Source: Candidatus Eiseniibacteriota bacterium (GTDB lineage: Bacteria > Joyebacterota > Joyebacteria > Joyebacterales > Joyebacteraceae). Taken from it: a stretch of DNA of 39,567 bases. The position numbers and the translations under genes were made by a program. The notes under the pieces are model-generated. The model made no database searches. It was not told the origin of the DNA and worked only from the letters and a program-made list of their open reading frames with translations. Position 1 is the first letter of the stretch. Each line of letters opens with the position of its first letter. The stretch covers positions 1 through 39,567 of the forward strand of contig JBDRFG010000044.1 of the NCBI GenBank assembly GCA_043819135.1, read 5' to 3'. This document shows, in pieces, positions 1-9,220 of this stretch.

Positions 1-1
1 G

Positions 2-1261
2 ACGTCGAGCCTCCCCCGTGGCGAGAACGTCGTCATCGTGACCAACGGCGGCGGCATCGGAGTGCTGGCGACCGACGCCTGCGAGAAGTACAACGTCAAC
101 CTCTACGACGACAACGAGACCCTGCGGGGCATCTTCGATTCTGTAACGCCCGACTTCGGCTCGACGAAGAACCCCATCGACCTCACCGGAGGGGCGACTT
201 CGCCCGATTTCACGGGCGCGCTCGACGCCGCGCTAACCCACGACGAGATAGACGCGGTCATCTCGCTCTACTGCGAGACGGCGGTGTTCGACGCGGACAA
301 TCTGGCAGCGATGATAGAGCAGTCCTCCTCACGGTACTTGGCCGCCGGGAAACCCGTCGTTTTCTCCATCTTCGGCGGCGCGACGACCGAGGCGGCTCTG
401 GACACCCTGACGAAGAAGGGAGTGCCCGTCTTCGGCGACGTCTACGAGACGGTGGCCTGCCTGGGCGGGCTCTACAGGCACTGGCGAAACGCCACTTCCC
501 AACCCGCGGGCGTCGACGAGGAAGAGATCGACGAGGCCGCCATCTCTGAGATCGTCGACGCGGCCCGCGCCGACGGCCGCAGCTTCCTGCTTGCGGAGGA
601 GGGCCGTGACCTCATGGAGGCTGCCGGTATCGGCATGCCGGAGACCAGGGTCGCAAGGAACATGGACGAGGCGGTACGGTTCGCGGAAGAGATAGGTTAC
701 CCGGTCGTCATGAAGGTCGTCTCCCGCGACATCCTGCACAAGAGCGACGTCGGGGGCGTCGCGCTCGACCTCGAGAACCGTGAGGAAGTGATAGACGCCT
801 ACCAGGCCATCATGAGCAACTGCCGGACTCGCGTGCCGCACGCACGCATCAAGGGCATCCAGGTCTCGGAGATGGCACCTTCCGGAGTCGAGCTCATCGT
901 GGGCGCCAGGAAGGACCCGGCCTTCGGCCCCACCATCATGTTCGGCATGGGCGGCATCTACGTGGAAGTGCTCAAGGACGTGACGTTCCGTGCGGTCCCA
1001 TTCAGCAGGGCCGAGGCCATCGAAATGATGAAGGAGATACGCGCGTACCCCCTGCTCCTCGGAGTGCGCGGCGAGGAACGCAAGGACATCGAGAGCGTGC
1101 TCGATACCGTCATGAGGCTCGGGACGGTGATCCAGAGGTGCGACGGAATCTCCGACATAGAAGTGAATCCTCTCATGGCATACGAACAAGGTCAGGGGGC
1201 GAAGGCCGTTGACATTCGCGTCCTCCTTACCGAGAACGCCGGAGGTGGGGCAAATGCGTAG
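2..1261 (+). CDS. ADP-forming acetate/acyl-CoA ligase family protein (fused alpha/beta, C-terminal ATP-grasp), 5' truncated by window edge
   Basis: Frame is open from base 2 (..ENVVIVTNGGGIGVLATD). Motifs NPIDLTG, GYPVVMKVVSRDILHKSDVGGV, ELIVGARKDPAFGPTIMFGMGGIYVE and DIEVNPL are typical of AcdAB / succinyl-CoA-ligase-like ATP-grasp proteins. Confidence 0.9.
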   Translation, partial: TSSLPRGENVVIVTNGGGIGVLATDACEKYNVNLYDDNETLRGIFDSVTPDFGSTKNPIDLTGGATSPDFTGALDAALTHDEIDAVISLYCETAVFDADNLAAMIEQSSSRYLAAGKPVVFSIFGGATTEAALDTLTKKGVPVFGDVYETVACLGGLYRHWRNATSQPAGVDEEEIDEAAISEIVDAARADGRSFLLAEEGRDLMEAAGIGMPETRVARNMDEAVRFAEEIGYPVVMKVVSRDILHKSDVGGVALDLENREEVIDAYQAIMSNCRTRVPHARIKGIQVSEMAPSGVELIVGARKDPAFGPTIMFGMGGIYVEVLKDVTFRAVPFSRAEAIEMMKEIRAYPLLLGVRGEERKDIESVLDTVMRLGTVIQRCDGISDIEVNPLMAYEQGQGAKAVDIRVLLTENAGGGANA

Positions 1262-2294
1262 GCTGGTATTCGCGTCGATGCGGGAAGGGGCCGGCAAGAC
1301 CAGCGTGATCGTGGGTCTGGGCCGCGCCCTGGGCAAGCCGTTCGGCTACATGAAGCCGTTCGGCGACCGCCTTCTCTACAGAAAGAAGCGGCTCTGGGAC
1401 TACGATTCGGCGCTCATCGCGAACATCTTCGAGCTGGACGAGAACCCGGAGGACATCAGTCTCGGGTTTGACCACTCCAAGCTCAGGTTCATGTACGACG
1501 AGGCGGGGACGAGGGAGAAACTCAGGGAACTGCTGTTGCACATCGAGAAGGACAGGGACATCGTGTTCATCGAGGCCGGGAGAGACCTGGGTTACGGCAT
1601 CTCGGTCAATCTGGACGCGATCTCGGTGGCGAAGCACACGGACTCGTCGCTGGTCATCGTGATGAGGGGTGACGAGAGGACCATCCTCGACGACGTCACG
1701 TTCGTGAAGAGGCACCTCGACCTCAAGGGCGTCTCGTTCGCAGGTATCATCGTCAACCGCGCGTACGACGTCGACGACTTCAAGACCACCTACGCAGAGG
1801 CCATCGCCGGACTCGGCGTTCAGGTGCTGGGAGTCATCCCCTACGAGGCGGAGCTGACTCACCCATCGGTTGGATTCCTGTCGGAGATCCTATTCGCCAA
1901 GGTCATCGCGGGAGAGGTCGGCCTGTCTACCGTCGCCAGGAACATCTTCGTCGGAGCGATGTCCGCCGATCAGGCCCGGAGGCACCCGAGTTTCGGGAAG
2001 GCGAAAAAGCTGGTCATCACGAGCGGTGACAGAAGCGACATGATCCTGGCGGCTCTGGAGGGAGACACGGCGGGACTCGTCCTCACGAACAACATCTCGC
2101 CGCCCAGCGCGATCATCGCGAAGGCCACGGAGATGGGTGTGCCACTTCTGCTGGTTCCCGACGACACGTATCAGGTCGCCAAGCAGATCGACGACGCGCA
2201 GTATCTTCTGAAACGGGACGAGGAAGACAAGATAGTGCTTCTGGAGAAGCTCGTGAGGGAGAACGTCGACATGTCGGCGATCGTCGGTGGGTGA
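1254..2294 (+). CDS. Stand-alone phosphotransacetylase N-terminal-like protein (BioD-like P-loop + DRTGG domain)
   Basis: ATG at 1254 follows GGAGG and overlaps the upstream stop. P-loop GAGKTS, GYMKPFG, VGAM and ITSGDRSD..LAAL...GLVLTN (DRTGG-type). No PTA_PTB catalytic domain. Confidence 0.85.
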   Translation: MRRLVFASMREGAGKTSVIVGLGRALGKPFGYMKPFGDRLLYRKKRLWDYDSALIANIFELDENPEDISLGFDHSKLRFMYDEAGTREKLRELLLHIEKDRDIVFIEAGRDLGYGISVNLDAISVAKHTDSSLVIVMRGDERTILDDVTFVKRHLDLKGVSFAGIIVNRAYDVDDFKTTYAEAIAGLGVQVLGVIPYEAELTHPSVGFLSEILFAKVIAGEVGLSTVARNIFVGAMSADQARRHPSFGKAKKLVITSGDRSDMILAALEGDTAGLVLTNNISPPSAIIAKATEMGVPLLLVPDDTYQVAKQIDDAQYLLKRDEEDKIVLLEKLVRENVDMSAIVGG

Positions 2295-2309
2295 TGACGA
2301 CACGCCGCC

Positions 2310-3968
2310 TCAACGCTCCAGGCCGGACCCTGCTGTGAAGAGCGGCGGAACGTCGACCGGCAGGCGCCCGATCAGAGGAACTTCCCCGAAGAGCGCCTCC
2401 ACCGCGGCGTTCTGCAACGGCTCCGAGGCGTCGTAGCAGCAGATGAGAGTCGACGCGTCCGGTAGCTCCAGCGCGATCGAAGGCCCGGTGAACGCCAGCA
2501 CGACCGCTCTGGGCGCGGCCTCGATCAGCCGCCGCGCCGTTCCCAGAAGTTCCTCCGAGGGTCCCGACCTCCCCTTCCACGCCACGACATCATCGAAGAC
2601 CGCGACTATCGACACGTCGGACGAGGCGGCGGATGCCGCCAGACGGTCGAGTTCATCCGGCGTTGCGCGCTCGTCCACGAGCGCGTCCCGGATGTCGGGC
2701 AGCGTGCCCTCGAGCCTGGAGCGGAACCAGACCAGGTTCATCGACCGGTCGGAGTCCTTGAGCGTGAAGACCGCGACGCGCTTGCCCGCCAGCGACGCCG
2801 CGTCGAGCGGGACCAGCCCCGCATCGTCGCGCAGGAGCGTGATGGCACGCCTCGCGATGTGGTCGGCGACGACCTCGTGGCCTTTGTTGAGACCGACACG
2901 GTGGTTGCAGTCGGGCAGGTCTTCGTGACCGAAGGCTCCCGCTATCTCCGGCGGGAACTCCACGTGGTTGTCGTCCGCCTCCCTGTAGTCGCCGAGCCAC
3001 TTGTGAAGCGCATCGATGCGTTCGAGCGACAGGTCGATGCGCTCTTCCGTGACGCGCCCGGCCCTCACGGCCTCCCTGACGGCGCTTATCGCGCTCTCCA
3101 CATCCGGAGGCATGAGGAGGATGTCGACGCCCGCCTCGAGCGCCATGACGGCCGCCTCTCCGCACGCATACCGCTCAGCAATTCCTCCCATCATGAGCGC
3201 GTCCGTCACGAGCACACCGTCGAAGCCCATGTCGCCCCGCAGAAGGTCGGTCATGATGGCGCGGGAGAGCGTCGCCGGCACGTCCCCGCCCGTCAGAGCT
3301 GGGTAGGCGACGTGCGCGGTCATGATGACTTTCACTCCGGCGCCGATGGCCGCTCGGAAGGGCACGAACTCACGCGACTCGAGCGTCGCACGGTCTGCCG
3401 CGACCGAGGGCAGCTCTATGTGGGAATCCAGCCGCGTGTCGCCGTGTCCCGGGAAGTGCTTAGCGGTCGCAGCCGCGCCCGCCTGCTGGCATCCACGCAC
3501 GAAGGCGGCGGTCATGTCCGCGACCATCGTCGCGTCTCCCCCATATGCGCGTATGCCAATGATGGGATTCGTGGGCTCGCTGGCAACGTCCGCCACCGGA
3601 GAGAAGACGAGGTCCAGCCCCACCGAGAGCGCCTCGCGGGCGGTGGCCCATCCCTGAGCGAAGGCAAGGTCGGTGACGCCGGTGGCGCCTACCGCCATCT
3701 GGGTCGGGAAGACGGTGCCGCCGTCGAGCTGCTGGCCGAGTCCGCGCTCCAAGTCGGACGCGACCAGCAGCGGCTGGCTCGCCTCGTCCGCCAGCGCGCG
3801 GGTCAGCTGGGCCGTCGAGTCCACATTGCCACCGAAGATGATGTAGCCACCGACGCCCAGCTCGACCACCTCGCGTCTCAGCCGATGATACTGCTCCGCG
3901 AGATCGTCGCCCGGACGGTCGCTGAAGCTGCTCATCACCAGACGAGCTATCTTCCGTGTCAGTTCCAT
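2310..3968 (-). CDS. nagZ: Beta-N-acetylhexosaminidase, GH3 (two-domain NagZ type)
   Basis: Contains KHFPGHGDTRLDSH (NagZ signature), ASDLERG and VTDALMMGG (nucleophile Asp), plus a C-terminal GH3_C-like domain. No evident signal peptide. Co-oriented with anmK and murQ. Confidence 0.9.
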   Translation of the reverse strand: MELTRKIARLVMSSFSDRPGDDLAEQYHRLRREVVELGVGGYIIFGGNVDSTAQLTRALADEASQPLLVASDLERGLGQQLDGGTVFPTQMAVGATGVTDLAFAQGWATAREALSVGLDLVFSPVADVASEPTNPIIGIRAYGGDATMVADMTAAFVRGCQQAGAAATAKHFPGHGDTRLDSHIELPSVAADRATLESREFVPFRAAIGAGVKVIMTAHVAYPALTGGDVPATLSRAIMTDLLRGDMGFDGVLVTDALMMGGIAERYACGEAAVMALEAGVDILLMPPDVESAISAVREAVRAGRVTEERIDLSLERIDALHKWLGDYREADDNHVEFPPEIAGAFGHEDLPDCNHRVGLNKGHEVVADHIARRAITLLRDDAGLVPLDAASLAGKRVAVFTLKDSDRSMNLVWFRSRLEGTLPDIRDALVDERATPDELDRLAASAASSDVSIVAVFDDVVAWKGRSGPSEELLGTARRLIEAAPRAVVLAFTGPSIALELPDASTLICCYDASEPLQNAAVEALFGEVPLIGRLPVDVPPLFTAGSGLER

Positions 3969-4008
3969 GCGTCTCCCCTGCCGGATTCGGACGCGCTATC
4001 CGAAGCAG

Positions 4009-5223
4009 CTAAGCTCCGGGGCTCACCTTACCCAGGACCACAGGTTCCGAGGCGCCGGTCGCCGCAGGAACGTTTCCGAACCTGCCGCCGAGCGCCCGGT
4101 CGGCGAGTACGGCGAAGGCCACGGCTTCCTTGGCGTCGGGGTCCATCCTCGCCTCCGGGGCCATGCCGGGATCGTCCAGCGCAAGAACGGGACACGGCTC
4201 GAGCAGCATCGCCAGCTCGTTCATAAACGCGCGGTTCTTCACGCCCCCGCCGCTCACGACGACACGGGCGGGCGTGGGGTCTTCGGGCAGGAACGCGAGC
4301 GCGTCCCGGACCGATCGCGCGGTGACCGAGACCGCCGTCGCCAGGAGGTCGGCAAGACCCGCCTCATCCATGGCTCTGATGTCACCCCCGGGGCGGACGA
4401 GCTCGACGAGACTGCCGGCCGCCTCACGACCGAACATCTCCTTCCCCGTCGACTTCGGAGGTGGGGCCGCGAAGTACGGGTGAGCCAGAAACTCATCGAC
4501 CGCCCGCGTGTCGACGGTGCCGCTCAGGGCCAGCCTCCCGCCGGCGTCGATGGCGTCCGCGCGGCCCGTAGCCGTCCGGACTACTTCGTCCACGAGAGCG
4601 TTCCCGGGACCCGTGTCGAACGCCAGCACGTCGTCCAGGCGCTCGGTGACGTAGGTCAGGTTGGCGATCCCGCCGACGTTCAGGAACACCTGCGCGCTTC
4701 CTGCCCTGCGGAAGAGCAGCCAGTCGACCAGCGGAACCAGCGGCGCGCCGGAGCCTCCGGCGGCCACGTCCGCGGTGCGGAAGTCCGCGACGGTCGGAAT
4801 GCCGGTCCGCCTGGCGATCACGTCCGCCTCCCCTATCTGCAGGGTCGCGCCGGATCGGCCTTCGTTTGGCGGGTCGTGATGGACGGTCTGACCGTGGGAG
4901 CCTATCAGGTGGACGTCGGAGATGGCGCGGCCACTACCGGCCGCGAGTTCGAGTGCCGCGGCGGCGAAGGCCTCGCCGACATCGAAGTTGAGTCTCGTGA
5001 GTTCGGGCGCGTCGCTTGAAGAAGCGCGCATGGCGCGCGCTCGCAGCGAGGGGTCATACGGCACGCAGATGAACGAGAAAAGCTCGACGCGGACGTCGTC
5101 CCCGTGCCCGCGAATCCGGACCAGCGCGGCGTCTATGCCGTCACAGGATGTCCCCGACGAGAGACCGATGACCAGGCGCTCGTCCCGCGACGCTATCCCG
5201 TGGAGCTTCTCTCCGAGAGTCAT
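4009..5223 (-). CDS. anmK: Anhydro-N-acetylmuramic acid kinase
   Basis: Motifs GLSSGTSCDGID, GSHGQT, DFRTADVAAGGSGAPLVP, NVGGIAN, FDTGPGN, PPKSTGKE and KEAVAFA. ATG at 5223 with AGGAG RBS overlaps the upstream stop. Confidence 0.95.
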   Translation of the reverse strand: MTLGEKLHGIASRDERLVIGLSSGTSCDGIDAALVRIRGHGDDVRVELFSFICVPYDPSLRARAMRASSSDAPELTRLNFDVGEAFAAAALELAAGSGRAISDVHLIGSHGQTVHHDPPNEGRSGATLQIGEADVIARRTGIPTVADFRTADVAAGGSGAPLVPLVDWLLFRRAGSAQVFLNVGGIANLTYVTERLDDVLAFDTGPGNALVDEVVRTATGRADAIDAGGRLALSGTVDTRAVDEFLAHPYFAAPPPKSTGKEMFGREAAGSLVELVRPGGDIRAMDEAGLADLLATAVSVTARSVRDALAFLPEDPTPARVVVSGGGVKNRAFMNELAMLLEPCPVLALDDPGMAPEARMDPDAKEAVAFAVLADRALGGRFGNVPAATGASEPVVLGKVSPGA

Positions 5224-6143
5224 CGAGTCTCCTGTTGCCGTGACTCCGCGCCGTTCAGGAACGTCTCGAGCGTGCCGTCCCGCATCGACGCCCAGGCCAT
5301 CGCCCGCGTCGAGAAGCACTGCGCGACCGCGCCGTTCTCTTCCACGCCGATGATACCGAACTTGACGTCGTGACCCCGTCCGATCTCGATCGCCATGTCG
5401 ACTGCTTCCCGCACGCCGACGCTGCCTACCGCGTCCACCGTCACCTTCGAGAATACGTGACGAATGATGGGCTCTCCGTGCCCGGTGGCGGAGGCGCCCC
5501 CGAATTCGCCGGCGTAGGTCCCCGCGCCGATGACCGCGCTGTCGCCGACGCGGCCTGGCAGCTTCATCATCATCCCGCCGGTCGACGTCCCCGCAGCGAT
5601 GCGCCCGTCCGCATCGACGGCGGCCGCACCGACGGTGCCGAGTTCGATGTCTCCGGCAAGCGCGTGGAGCTTAGGCATGAACTTGAGGTCCTCTCCGCCG
5701 GCGAACTGAGCCCTCAACTTCGCGTGAAGGGCAAGCTGCTGTTCGGTTCTGAGATCGCCGCCCTCAACACCCATTCGTCGCGCGAACTCATCGGCTCCGC
5801 GCCCCGCGAGCATCACGTGGTCCGTTCGCTCCATCACGAGCCTGGCCACCTTGATTGGGTTGGCGGCAGCGGTCAGGGCCGCGACCGCGCCGCAGGAGAG
5901 GTCACCCTGCATGATCGACGCGTCCGTCTCGACCGCGCCCTCGAAGTTGAGGGCCGAGCCTAGCCCGGCGCGGAATATGGGATCGTCTTCCATCACAACG
6001 ATGGCCGCCACCACCGCATCCAAGGCGGAGCCCCCGGCCTCGAGGATCTCCCATCCCGCGGATACGGCGCTCGTGACTCCGCGCTCTTGGATTTCGTCGG
6101 GGTCGTAGTCACCGGCCCCGCCGTGGACGATGATGGACGGCAA
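5220..6143 (-). CDS. iaaA: Isoaspartyl peptidase / plant-type L-asparaginase (Ntn hydrolase, Asparaginase_2)
   Basis: N-terminal IIVHGGAG, ALDAV..A...MEDDP.F.AG.GS, DASIM, autoproteolysis site G|TVGA, GTSTGG, GRVGDS and TGHGE. TTG start at 6143 lies just after AGGAG and the murQ stop. Confidence 0.88.
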   Translation of the reverse strand: MPSIIVHGGAGDYDPDEIQERGVTSAVSAGWEILEAGGSALDAVVAAIVVMEDDPIFRAGLGSALNFEGAVETDASIMQGDLSCGAVAALTAAANPIKVARLVMERTDHVMLAGRGADEFARRMGVEGGDLRTEQQLALHAKLRAQFAGGEDLKFMPKLHALAGDIELGTVGAAAVDADGRIAAGTSTGGMMMKLPGRVGDSAVIGAGTYAGEFGGASATGHGEPIIRHVFSKVTVDAVGSVGVREAVDMAIEIGRGHDVKFGIIGVEENGAVAQCFSTRAMAWASMRDGTLETFLNGAESRQQETR

Positions 6144-6145
6144 GT

Positions 6146-7054
6146 CTACTCCTGGCCCCTGCGCGAGAGCGCTTCCCGCACGAATCCCCCGGACTCGGCG
6201 AGAAGACGATTCGCCTCCTCGAGGGCGACGCCGGTCTTCTGCATGACGATCGCGGCCTTGACGGAGCCTCCGGCCCGTGTGAGGACGGCCGCAGCCGCCT
6301 CGTAATCGACGCCGGTGGTTTCCACCATGATCCTGCAGGCCCGGTCTCTCAGCTTGTCGCACGTGGCCTGGAGGTCGACCATCAGGTTCTCGTAGGTCTT
6401 CCCGAGGAGCACCATCGACGCGGTGGTGATGGTGTTCAGCACGAGCTTCGTCGCCGTTCCCGCCTTCATTCGCGTCGAGCCCGTGACGACCTCGGGACCC
6501 GTGAGCGGGGTGATGACCACGTCAACCGGCACGGCACCTTCCGTCACTGGAGTACAGCAGAGGAACACGGTCCCCGCGCCCGCCCGGACGGCCTCCTCCA
6601 GAGCGCCCTGAACGTAGGGTGTCGCCCCGCTCGTCGCGATGCCCATCACGACGTCGTCCGGGCCGACGTTCCTCTCAAGCAGGCCGCGACTCCCGGCGCC
6701 GCGTTCGTCCTCGGCGCCCTCTTTGGCGCGCACCAGGGCGTCGTAACCACCGGCTATCACGCCCTGGATCATCTCGGGATCGGTTCCGAAGGTCGGCGGG
6801 CACTCGGCGGCGTCCAGCACGCCCAGACGCCCGCTCGTCCCCGCGCCCACGTAGATGAGTCGTCCCCCGCGCTCGAGCCTAGAAACGACCAACTCGACGG
6901 CGGCAGAGATCTGGTCCTTCTCGCGGGCGACCGAGGCCGCGACGGTCGCGTCCTCGGCATTGATGAGCTCGACGAGCTCATTCGCGCTCATCGTGTCGAT
7001 GTTGACGGAACGGGGATTCCGCTGCTCGGTGAGAACGGAGCCTGCGCCGCTCAT
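6146..7054 (-). CDS. murQ: N-acetylmuramic acid 6-phosphate etherase
   Basis: Motifs TEQRN, GAGTSGRLGVLDAAECPPTFG, EGAED, GPEVVTGSTRMKAGTATKLVLN and NLMVD. Confidence 0.96.
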   Translation of the reverse strand: MSGAGSVLTEQRNPRSVNIDTMSANELVELINAEDATVAASVAREKDQISAAVELVVSRLERGGRLIYVGAGTSGRLGVLDAAECPPTFGTDPEMIQGVIAGGYDALVRAKEGAEDERGAGSRGLLERNVGPDDVVMGIATSGATPYVQGALEEAVRAGAGTVFLCCTPVTEGAVPVDVVITPLTGPEVVTGSTRMKAGTATKLVLNTITTASMVLLGKTYENLMVDLQATCDKLRDRACRIMVETTGVDYEAAAAVLTRAGGSVKAAIVMQKTGVALEEANRLLAESGGFVREALSRRGQE

Positions 7055-7085
7055 GTCGCGCTCGGGAGGACGCCATGCTCCGCGA

Positions 7086-8009
7086 TCAGATGTTTTCGTC
7101 ACCGGCGCCCTCCGAATCGCGCCACAGGTCTGGTGGGCGATCGTCGCCCCTTGGCGCCGCAAGCTCGCCGTACATCAGAGTCCAGAGTGAGTGGTCGTAC
7201 GTGCTGTGAGCCGAGACGGCCAGGATGAGCACTACGATGCCCACGGGAATGCCAAGCACGAGACCCAGCACCAGATTCGCGACCCCTATCAGGATGAAGG
7301 GTATCGCCATCGCGAGAAGCGCGACGATCAGGCTGAGGAAGAACGCCATCGCGGAAGCGAACGACACGATCCACATCAGGAGCGACTGCCAGAAGTAGGA
7401 TCTCGTCAGCTCCCACCCGGCGAGAAGCGCGTCCGCAACTCCTCGCCCGCCTATCACGTACTCTCGCTCCGCGTATATGATGGTGAACCCGAGGAGGAAC
7501 AGGAAGAGGAGATATGGAATGAAGAGGATTGCCCCGATCAGGACCGCGATGGCTATTCCAGCGGCGCCTCCTATGAGCGGCAGCACGACGGCGAGAACGC
7601 ACACCGTCGTCACCACCAGGAATGTGAGGAGCGCGATCAAGGCGATCCCGAGCATGCCCCAGAACGCCTTGAGCCCGGCCCGCCACCCGTTTTCGAACCG
7701 GATGGTCTCGCCGGCGTCGGCGCGACTGATGCACGAGAGCAGCGCTCCCTTCGAGATGAGACTCATCACCATGAGGACCAGCCAGAGGACCACGAGCCCC
7801 ATGATGATGGCCACCATCACTCCGGCGTGCGACATGAAGAAGTTCTTGATCTCGTCGACTCCGTGCTCGCCCAGGTTCCCGTAGTTTCCGCCGCCTCCGC
7901 CGCCCGAGCCCGCGAAGAAGCCGAAGAACCACAGGAACTTGTGGTCCCAGGCTATCCGAGCCGATCTTGTCACGATCCCCCAGTAGTCGATGTTCCGCGC
8001 TGCCGTCAT
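7086..8009 (-). CDS. Polytopic membrane protein of unknown function (about 6-7 TM, Gly-rich loop)
   Basis: Multiple long hydrophobic segments and KFLWFFGFFAGSGGGGGG. ATG at 8009 with AGGGA RBS. Confidence 0.7.
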   Translation of the reverse strand: MTAARNIDYWGIVTRSARIAWDHKFLWFFGFFAGSGGGGGGNYGNLGEHGVDEIKNFFMSHAGVMVAIIMGLVVLWLVLMVMSLISKGALLSCISRADAGETIRFENGWRAGLKAFWGMLGIALIALLTFLVVTTVCVLAVVLPLIGGAAGIAIAVLIGAILFIPYLLFLFLLGFTIIYAEREYVIGGRGVADALLAGWELTRSYFWQSLLMWIVSFASAMAFFLSLIVALLAMAIPFILIGVANLVLGLVLGIPVGIVVLILAVSAHSTYDHSLWTLMYGELAAPRGDDRPPDLWRDSEGAGDENI

Positions 8010-8051
8010 GGCTGTTTCCCTTTGCGTTGGGTTCACGTTCTCGGTGCCTTG

Positions 8052-9074
8052 CTAGGCGTTTCTGTAGACGAGGAAGAGGCAGAGAAGGTAGACAGGGACC
8101 ATCAGAGCCACCATCGTTTTCGCGATCGCCCTGCCCGCGCGGTGGGATCTGCTGAGAATTCCCACCAGAACGAACAGCGTGAGCACGAACGCGCCTGCGA
8201 TACTTACAAGGTTGGACCCCGAGATATTCGTCCAGGCTGACTCCGAGAATCTCAGGGCCATGAGCGGCGCGCCGACGGCGAACACGAGGATGTTGACGGT
8301 GTTGCTGCCCAGAAGCGTCCCGAGCGCCATGTCCTCCAGCTTCGATTTCCTGACGGCGGCGTACGCGACGGAGACCTCGGGCATGGATGTGGCAACGGCG
8401 ACCAGGAGCGTCCCGACGAACGTGTGCCCCAGCCTCAGGCCCCCCGGGAACTCGTACAGCGCGATGCCGTTGGCGCCGCTCGCGATCATGAACCCGCCGA
8501 CGACGACCACCGCCGAGAGTGCCAGGAAGCGCAGGACGATGCCGGACGTGCCGCCGCCTACCTCGCGGGGCCCCGTGGTCGCGCCGCTTCTTCTCTGCAC
8601 CTTCCGATGGGTCAGCAAGTCGTGCAGGAAGACAACGATGATGGGCACACTGAAGAGAAGCGTCGTGAGCGCCGGGGACGCTATCCTTCTGCCGAAGACG
8701 ACGCCCAGACCCGCCAGACACGTGAGGATGAGCAAGTAGACGCAAGTTCTCGCGTAGCGGGCACTGTCGACGTTGTGGAGGAAGACGCCGACCACCAGCA
8801 GCTCGAGAACCACGATGCTCGTGATGTTGAAGTTGTTGCTGCCGAGGATGTTCCCGAAGGCGAGATCCGGTGCCCGCTCCTTGAGCATCGCCGCAAGCGT
8901 CACCGACAGCTCAGGAAGAGAAGTGACAATGGAGAGCACGAAGAGGCCGATAGCAGTCGCGCTTATGCCGAGCTTCCCCGCGAGGCTGTTTCCCGTCTCG
9001 GGCAGGCGACCGCCGCCGAACCATATGGCGATCGCCCCGACAGCGAACAGCGCTACGGACAGGGAGAGAGGCAA
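8052..9074 (-). CDS. Sodium:calcium antiporter (CaCA / YrbG family)
   Basis: Two alpha-repeats, TSLPEL...GNILGSN and TSMPEV...GTLLGSN, with about 10 TM segments. TTG start with GAGG RBS. Confidence 0.88.
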   Translation of the reverse strand: MPLSLSVALFAVGAIAIWFGGGRLPETGNSLAGKLGISATAIGLFVLSIVTSLPELSVTLAAMLKERAPDLAFGNILGSNNFNITSIVVLELLVVGVFLHNVDSARYARTCVYLLILTCLAGLGVVFGRRIASPALTTLLFSVPIIVVFLHDLLTHRKVQRRSGATTGPREVGGGTSGIVLRFLALSAVVVVGGFMIASGANGIALYEFPGGLRLGHTFVGTLLVAVATSMPEVSVAYAAVRKSKLEDMALGTLLGSNTVNILVFAVGAPLMALRFSESAWTNISGSNLVSIAGAFVLTLFVLVGILSRSHRAGRAIAKTMVALMVPVYLLCLFLVYRNA

Positions 9075-9115
9075 TGAACCGTCCTCGTGAGTGGGCCTGC
9101 GTTGATTCCATCCGT

Positions 9116-9145
9116 AGTATAGGTAGGCTCCTCAAGGGGTGTCAA
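9116..9145 (-). promoter_or_regulatory. Putative sigma70 promoter for the antiporter-murQ-anmK-nagZ operon
   Basis: Minus strand reads TTGACA (9145-9140), 18 nt, TATACT (9121-9116), about 40 nt upstream of the antiporter start. Confidence 0.7.
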
Positions 9146-9167
9146 CGGAAACGCGGGGGTACGCGGA

Positions 9168-9195
9168 GGGGCCCCGGCCGACAGGCCGGGACCCC
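9168..9195 (-). terminator. GC-rich stem-loop downstream of the small lamin-tail gene (terminator-like, no U tract)
   Basis: Minus-strand RNA GGGGUCCCGGCC-UGUC-GGCCGGGGCCCC forms a 12-bp stem with one U.G pair. The same position is a C/A mismatch on the plus strand, which favours the minus orientation. Confidence 0.5.
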
Positions 9196-9220
9196 GGAGC
9201 CGCCGCCGATGGTTCTTCCG

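Noticed and set aside
7099..8745. 548-aa minus-strand alternate-frame ORF
   Set aside because: It overlaps the antiporter and membrane-protein genes out of frame and has a low-complexity Arg-rich translation.
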